Shown: piece after piece, positions 59,823-64,000 of the stretch
Layout: each line of letters opens with the position of its first letter
Position numbering within the stretch: position 1 is the first letter of the stretch
Assembly: GCA_964637955.1 (NCBI GenBank)
Contig: CAZWXQ010000003.1
Location: 223,154-287,153, forward strand
Source of the DNA: an uncultured Gammaproteobacteria bacterium
Lineage (GTDB): Bacteria; Patescibacteriota; Microgenomatia; Levybacterales; UBA12049
Reading direction: 5' to 3'
Length of the DNA stretch: 64,000 nucleotides
The notes under the pieces: generated by a model
The model's input: the letters and a program-made list of their open reading frames with translations, nothing else
Databases searched by the model: none
What the model was told of the DNA's origin: nothing
Program-made: the position numbers and the translations under genes

Positions 59823-60819
59823 ATTTATATTCCTCCAGGATATCATAAAAAATAATTTGTGATCCTTCATGTTCAAATTTGAAGGGTACATGAACGAGCT
59901 TTTTTAATTTTTCTTTAACATTTTTTTGATTTTTTGGAGGAACAAAAAGGAGCAGGAATCCGCCGCCACCAGCGCCAATAAGTTTTCCACCTATTGCACC
60001 CGCGCTTTTTGCCTTTTTATATATTTCATCAATCTCGGAATTGGAGACAATTGGGCTTAGGGATCTTTTTAATTTCCAAAATTCGTCGAGCAACTCCCCT
60101 AATTCATTTAAATTTTTCTTACTGTTTAAAATTGAAATTGCTTCATCTACCGAAGCTTGCATAAGACTAAGCTGTTTTTGTTGGTTGTTAATTTTTTTTA
60201 CATAACTTTTTGCTATATTTGAAGCTGTTCTCGGAATTCCCGTATAAAATAACATGAGATGTTTTTCTAGTTCATTAATGCGATTTGCAGAAAGAGTCAT
60301 TGGTTTAACAATAATATTTCCGTCTCTTTGAAAAGTGATATGGTTAAATCCTCCATATGCGGCAAGAGTTTGATCTTGATATCCCACAGTTTCTTTTAAG
60401 ATTTCTTGTTCAAGTCGAATGCCTTCACGCGCCAATTGCTGTTTACTTAACATTTGTCCCTGCAAGGCATGGAGAGCGTTAAGGAGTCCCACCGTGAGAG
60501 CAGAACTTGTACCAAGTCCTGATCTTGCGGGTAAATCTCCATCGTGATGAATTGCTAATCCATCCTGAATTTTCAAGAAACGAATAGCTTCTCTTACTGC
60601 AGGATGCTTAATTTCATCAATTGTATTACATAATTCATTTTTTGAATACACAATACGATATTTGTGCCAAAAGAATGGAGGTAAATATCTTACATTTAAA
60701 TAAGAATATTTGTTAATTGTGGTAGCAAGGACTGCACCGCCGTGTTCTTTAACCCAATCGGGATAATCCGTACCTCCACCAAAAAAAGATATGCGGAAAG
60801 GGGTTCTGCTTATGACCAT
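59812..60819 (-). CDS. GHMP-family sugar kinase, HddA-like (D-glycero-D-manno-heptose 7-phosphate kinase)
   Basis: PFRISFFGGGTDYP and GLGTSSA GHMP motifs are present. It is adjacent to gmhA. Confidence 0.7.
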   Translation of the reverse strand: MVISRTPFRISFFGGGTDYPDWVKEHGGAVLATTINKYSYLNVRYLPPFFWHKYRIVYSKNELCNTIDEIKHPAVREAIRFLKIQDGLAIHHDGDLPARSGLGTSSALTVGLLNALHALQGQMLSKQQLAREGIRLEQEILKETVGYQDQTLAAYGGFNHITFQRDGNIIVKPMTLSANRINELEKHLMLFYTGIPRTASNIAKSYVKKINNQQKQLSLMQASVDEAISILNSKKNLNELGELLDEFWKLKRSLSPIVSNSEIDEIYKKAKSAGAIGGKLIGAGGGGFLLLFVPPKNQKNVKEKLKKLVHVPFKFEHEGSQIIFYDILEEYKYDT

Positions 60820-61430
60820 ATTTCTTTATGCTTCATTTTTACAAAAAGATAATGCTCAACAATTTCACAGAGTATGTGCTCAACAATCAAAAGAGATTCT
60901 TGAATATATTGGGTATTTTTGCTTGGAATAGAGATTGACAAATCTGCCACTTTTAAAAGTTCTCCGGAGCTGCCAGTTAAAGCAAGAGTGTGCAATTTTT
61001 TATGATTAGCTGCCTTAATAGCTCTGATAATATTCTTAGAGTTTCCGCTCGTTGAGATACCTATTAATAGATCGTTTTTTTGACCAAGTCCCTGCACTTG
61101 ACGTTCAAAAACTCCCTCAAAGCCAAAGTCATTGGAAAAAGCAGTTATCACTGATGAATCAGCAGTTAGGGCAAAGGCAGGTAGCGTTGGCCTACTTAGA
61201 TTTTTATCGAGCATATTAACAAATTCCGCCGCTATATGCTGACAATCGGCAGCGCTTCCTCCATTCCCACAAAGTAAAATTTTGCCACCTGATAAAAATG
61301 TGTCAACAATTAGCTGAGATGCAGCTAGTATGGAATCGTTACATGTTTTTAATGTGAGCTGATTGACTCGTATGCTTTCTAGTAAGTGTTTCTCTGCTTT
61401 TTTGCGATAGAAGTTATTGCTGTTAGCCAT
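60810..61430 (-). CDS. gmhA: SIS-domain phosphoheptose isomerase (sedoheptulose-7-phosphate isomerase)
   Basis: GNGGSAADCQHIAAEF matches the GmhA GNGGS..D..HFAEE block. Length is 206 aa. Confidence 0.85.
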   Translation of the reverse strand: MANSNNFYRKKAEKHLLESIRVNQLTLKTCNDSILAASQLIVDTFLSGGKILLCGNGGSAADCQHIAAEFVNMLDKNLSRPTLPAFALTADSSVITAFSNDFGFEGVFERQVQGLGQKNDLLIGISTSGNSKNIIRAIKAANHKKLHTLALTGSSGELLKVADLSISIPSKNTQYIQESLLIVEHILCEIVEHYLFVKMKHKEIWS

Positions 61431-61469
61431 TTTGTAGCAGAGTTTATGTCAAATTTATATTATTGTCAA

Positions 61470-62153
61470 TTATGGTTTGGAAGACATGATTTTATCGTAA
61501 ACTAATTGGGGAGTTATGTCTTTCCAAGTTGTAAATATTGCGTCCGGTTGCAGATCAAAAACTAATCCTTCGTGAACTGGAAAAACAACTACTCTTGCTC
61601 CAGCTTTTTCTGCTGCGATTTTGCCTGGTGGAGAATCTTCATGAACGAGCATCTTTTCAGGAGATGCTTGTATTCCGAAAATTTCAGAAGCCTTAATGTA
61701 AACTTCTGGGTCAGGCTTTAATTTTTTAACACTAGACTCAGTCAATATATGTCCTGGGTTGAAAAATCTTAATAGATCAGATCTTCTAAGTATCTCAAAT
61801 GCATTCCCATCAGGTGTAATTGAGGCAAGCACTAATTCTCCTCCTAGGCTTCTAACTGTTTCAAGATATTCTGAAACTCCTTCCCTAGGTGAAATAGGAT
61901 AAGAATAAAGTAGCTCTTCATATAGCTTTTCTTTTTCTGCACGAATTATTATTGGATCTATTTTATCGGTAGTCATTTTTGAGATTGCTTCAGATATTGC
62001 TTTATCTCCAGCTCCAACAAAACTATGGAATTCATGCTGTCCGAATCTTACACCGTAATTTGAGGCAACTTGCTCAAGAGCTTCTTGGTGTAATCCTTCT
62101 AAATCAACAGCTGTTCCTTCGAGATCTACTGCATTGTATTGAAAAATTTCCAT
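61470..62153 (-). CDS. HAD-superfamily (subfamily IA) phosphatase
   Basis: Motif I is VDLEGT, which has Glu at +2 instead of Asp. The motif IV region is HEDSPPG. Confidence 0.6.
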   Translation of the reverse strand: MEIFQYNAVDLEGTAVDLEGLHQEALEQVASNYGVRFGQHEFHSFVGAGDKAISEAISKMTTDKIDPIIIRAEKEKLYEELLYSYPISPREGVSEYLETVRSLGGELVLASITPDGNAFEILRRSDLLRFFNPGHILTESSVKKLKPDPEVYIKASEIFGIQASPEKMLVHEDSPPGKIAAEKAGARVVVFPVHEGLVFDLQPDAIFTTWKDITPQLVYDKIMSSKP

Positions 62154-62286
62154 TAATCTATTGCTATTAAGCGAGCATACTATCAGCTAATAGATAGGAA
62201 ATCAAATTCATTTCGTTAATTTGTAGATTATAGTTTTCAGAAAAATTAATTGCTATACTAATGAGCACAAGCAATTTTATATTACT

Positions 62287-63006
62287 ATGCAAGCGATTAT
62301 CATGGCAGGAGGGAAGGGTACAAGGCTCCAAAAAGTTACGAATGATGAAATCCCCAAAGCGTTGGTTCAAATAAACAATAAGCCTTTACTTGACTATGTC
62401 ATAGAGCATGCAATCAAAAATGATTTTGACAAAATAATTATATGTACTGGTCACTTAGGCCACAAAATTCAAGAGTATATTAGCAATAAAAATTATGATG
62501 CATCAATTTATATTTCTCAAGAAAGTGAGCCAATGGGCACAGCCGGTTCTCTTCATTTGATTTCTGATTTATTGGAAGATGAATTTTTTATTATATATGC
62601 TGATGTTTATTCGACAATAAATTTAAAAAAAATGTTTGATTTTCACAAAAAAACAAAAGCAAATGTAACAATTGCAGTTCATAAATCTAATCACCCGCAA
62701 GATAGTACAGTTGTAAAAATTGATAAAAACGGTAAGTACTTAGCTATGATTCAAAAACCGGGTGATAAGTGGAAAGAGTACGGCAATTTGACGCAAACAT
62801 CTCTTTATATAGTAAAAAAAGACATCTTAAATTATGTTAAAAAAAACATAAAGCAAGATTTTGAATCAGACATTTTTCCATTATTGCTTAACAAAGGTGA
62901 GGATATTTATGGCTACATGACTTCTGAATACACAAAAGATATGGGAACTCCGGAAAGGTATAGCGATCTTATAAATAAATTACAGGTAGAAAACCTTGGC
63001 AAATGA
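62287..63006 (+). CDS. Sugar-1-phosphate nucleotidyltransferase, HddC/ManC N-terminal-domain-like (probable heptose-1-phosphate guanylyltransferase)
   Basis: AIIMAGGKGTRL and EPMGTAGSL are present. Length is 239 aa. Confidence 0.8.
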   Translation: MQAIIMAGGKGTRLQKVTNDEIPKALVQINNKPLLDYVIEHAIKNDFDKIIICTGHLGHKIQEYISNKNYDASIYISQESEPMGTAGSLHLISDLLEDEFFIIYADVYSTINLKKMFDFHKKTKANVTIAVHKSNHPQDSTVVKIDKNGKYLAMIQKPGDKWKEYGNLTQTSLYIVKKDILNYVKKNIKQDFESDIFPLLLNKGEDIYGYMTSEYTKDMGTPERYSDLINKLQVENLGK

Positions 63007-64000
63007 AGAGAATTGATTATACCGTTTGTTTTTTGATTGGTTTTTCTGCTTTAATCTCTCGAATTCCGTTTGTTGAAAAATTTCAGTCATTTTGGGATGG
63101 GCCTCAGCTAACCATTGGAATATCACATTTTTCAGTTGTCGAGCATACGCCAGCAGCTCCTGGATATCCATATTTTATTGGTTTGGGAAAATTTTTCCAT
63201 TTATTTTTTTCTGATCTTCATACATCAATTGTTGCAGTGAGCGTATTTGCAGCTGTCGTGGGTGCTATTACTCTTTATATTGTTGGACTAAAAATGTTCA
63301 ATCGTTTTGTTGGTTTCGCTGCCTCTGTAATTTTTTTAACTGGTTCAACTTTTTATTTCTTTTCAATAGCTCCTCATCCATACGATTTACTAATTACAGC
63401 GACTACGCTACTGGCTTATAGCGTCTATCGAATTTTTGTTCAAAAAAAACAAGAAGGAATATTTTTGGGACTTACAATAGGGATTTGTATTGGAATACGT
63501 CCTCAAGAAATTATAAATATTTTCATTTTATTTCTTCTTGGATTCTTGGTTCTTTCTACTAAAGAAAAAATCAAATCAATATTAGCTTCTGCTGTCATAT
63601 GTTTTTCTTGGTTTATTCCGATTGTTAATAGTGTAGGTTTTAGAAATTATTTTACAGAAGCTTCAGCAATTGCTAAAACAGGCATAGCTAGTCAATCGAT
63701 TTCAAATCATATCGAGTCGATGTTTAAAGGATTCCTTCTGAGTTTTGGAATTTCTGGAGGGTTCCTTGCTTATTATTCACTCAAGTTAAATCGAATAAAG
63801 AAAATCTCCTCAAAAGAAAAAGACCTTCTGATTTTTTACGGCGCTTGGATGCTGCCTGGATTTATTTACAATTTATTTTTTAGATCAGATGCTGTGGGTT
63901 ATCAGTTTAGTTATTTAATACCGTTACTTTTTCTAATCTCAAATGCAATCTGGTATTTAACAAGGAAAAGTAAATTTTTATATTTCTTTGTGCTTGCTTG
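63003..64000 (+). CDS. Polytopic membrane protein, GT-C-like glycosyltransferase. The 3' end lies beyond the window.
   Basis: The ATG at 63003 overlaps the upstream stop (ATGA). The frame is open to the window end. It is multi-TM with loop motif FWDGPQ...HTPAAPGYPYF. Confidence 0.45.
   Translation, partial: MKRIDYTVCFLIGFSALISRIPFVEKFQSFWDGPQLTIGISHFSVVEHTPAAPGYPYFIGLGKFFHLFFSDLHTSIVAVSVFAAVVGAITLYIVGLKMFNRFVGFAASVIFLTGSTFYFFSIAPHPYDLLITATTLLAYSVYRIFVQKKQEGIFLGLTIGICIGIRPQEIINIFILFLLGFLVLSTKEKIKSILASAVICFSWFIPIVNSVGFRNYFTEASAIAKTGIASQSISNHIESMFKGFLLSFGISGGFLAYYSLKLNRIKKISSKEKDLLIFYGAWMLPGFIYNLFFRSDAVGYQFSYLIPLLFLISNAIWYLTRKSKFLYFFVLA

Overview
This 64 kb window comes from a low-GC bacterium. 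The core genes are about 38-42% GC by eye. Two strongly AT-rich glycan-biosynthesis islands sit at 1-19816 and 50689-64000. The gene content fits a reduced-genome, Gram-positive-like lineage, possibly Patescibacteria/CPR, but that placement is uncertain. The content includes GatD/MurT peptidoglycan amidation, many GT-C-like membrane glycosyltransferases, no LPS genes, and a LysM protein.

The core segment at 23805-50517 is almost entirely on the minus strand. It carries:
- a complete F1Fo ATP synthase operon in the order atpB-E-F-H-A-G-D-C;
- dnaE;
- an orphan GGDEF diguanylate cyclase;
- gatCAB interrupted by a NUDIX hydrolase and two histidine phosphatases;
- a murT / transglutaminase-like / APH-like kinase / gatD operon;
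- htpX, lemA and polX;
- tRNA-Asp.

Island A (1-19816) encodes a Wzx/Wzy-type glycan assembly system with unusual GT-A/GT-C fusion proteins. It also carries several polyprenol-phosphate-sugar synthases, further GT-C-like membrane proteins, a GNAT acetyltransferase and tRNA-Thr.

Island B (50689-64000) encodes a probable GDP-heptose pathway (GmhA, HddA-like kinase, HAD phosphatase, HddC-like nucleotidyltransferase). This sits with a ColD/E1-type 3-dehydratase, an Fcl/ColC-like epimerase-reductase, a TPP-dependent E1 alpha/beta pair, methyltransferases and several SDR enzymes. Together these suggest synthesis of a heavily modified heptose: 3,6-dideoxy, possibly C-branched and methylated.

Between the islands, a run of higher-GC hypothetical genes (19882-23786, 30189-30659, 40013-40639) is driven by near-consensus sigma70 promoters placed 4-9 nt from the start codon, which implies leaderless mRNAs. 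This run is the best candidate for an undescribed system.

No rRNA, CRISPR array, transposase or integrase was seen.
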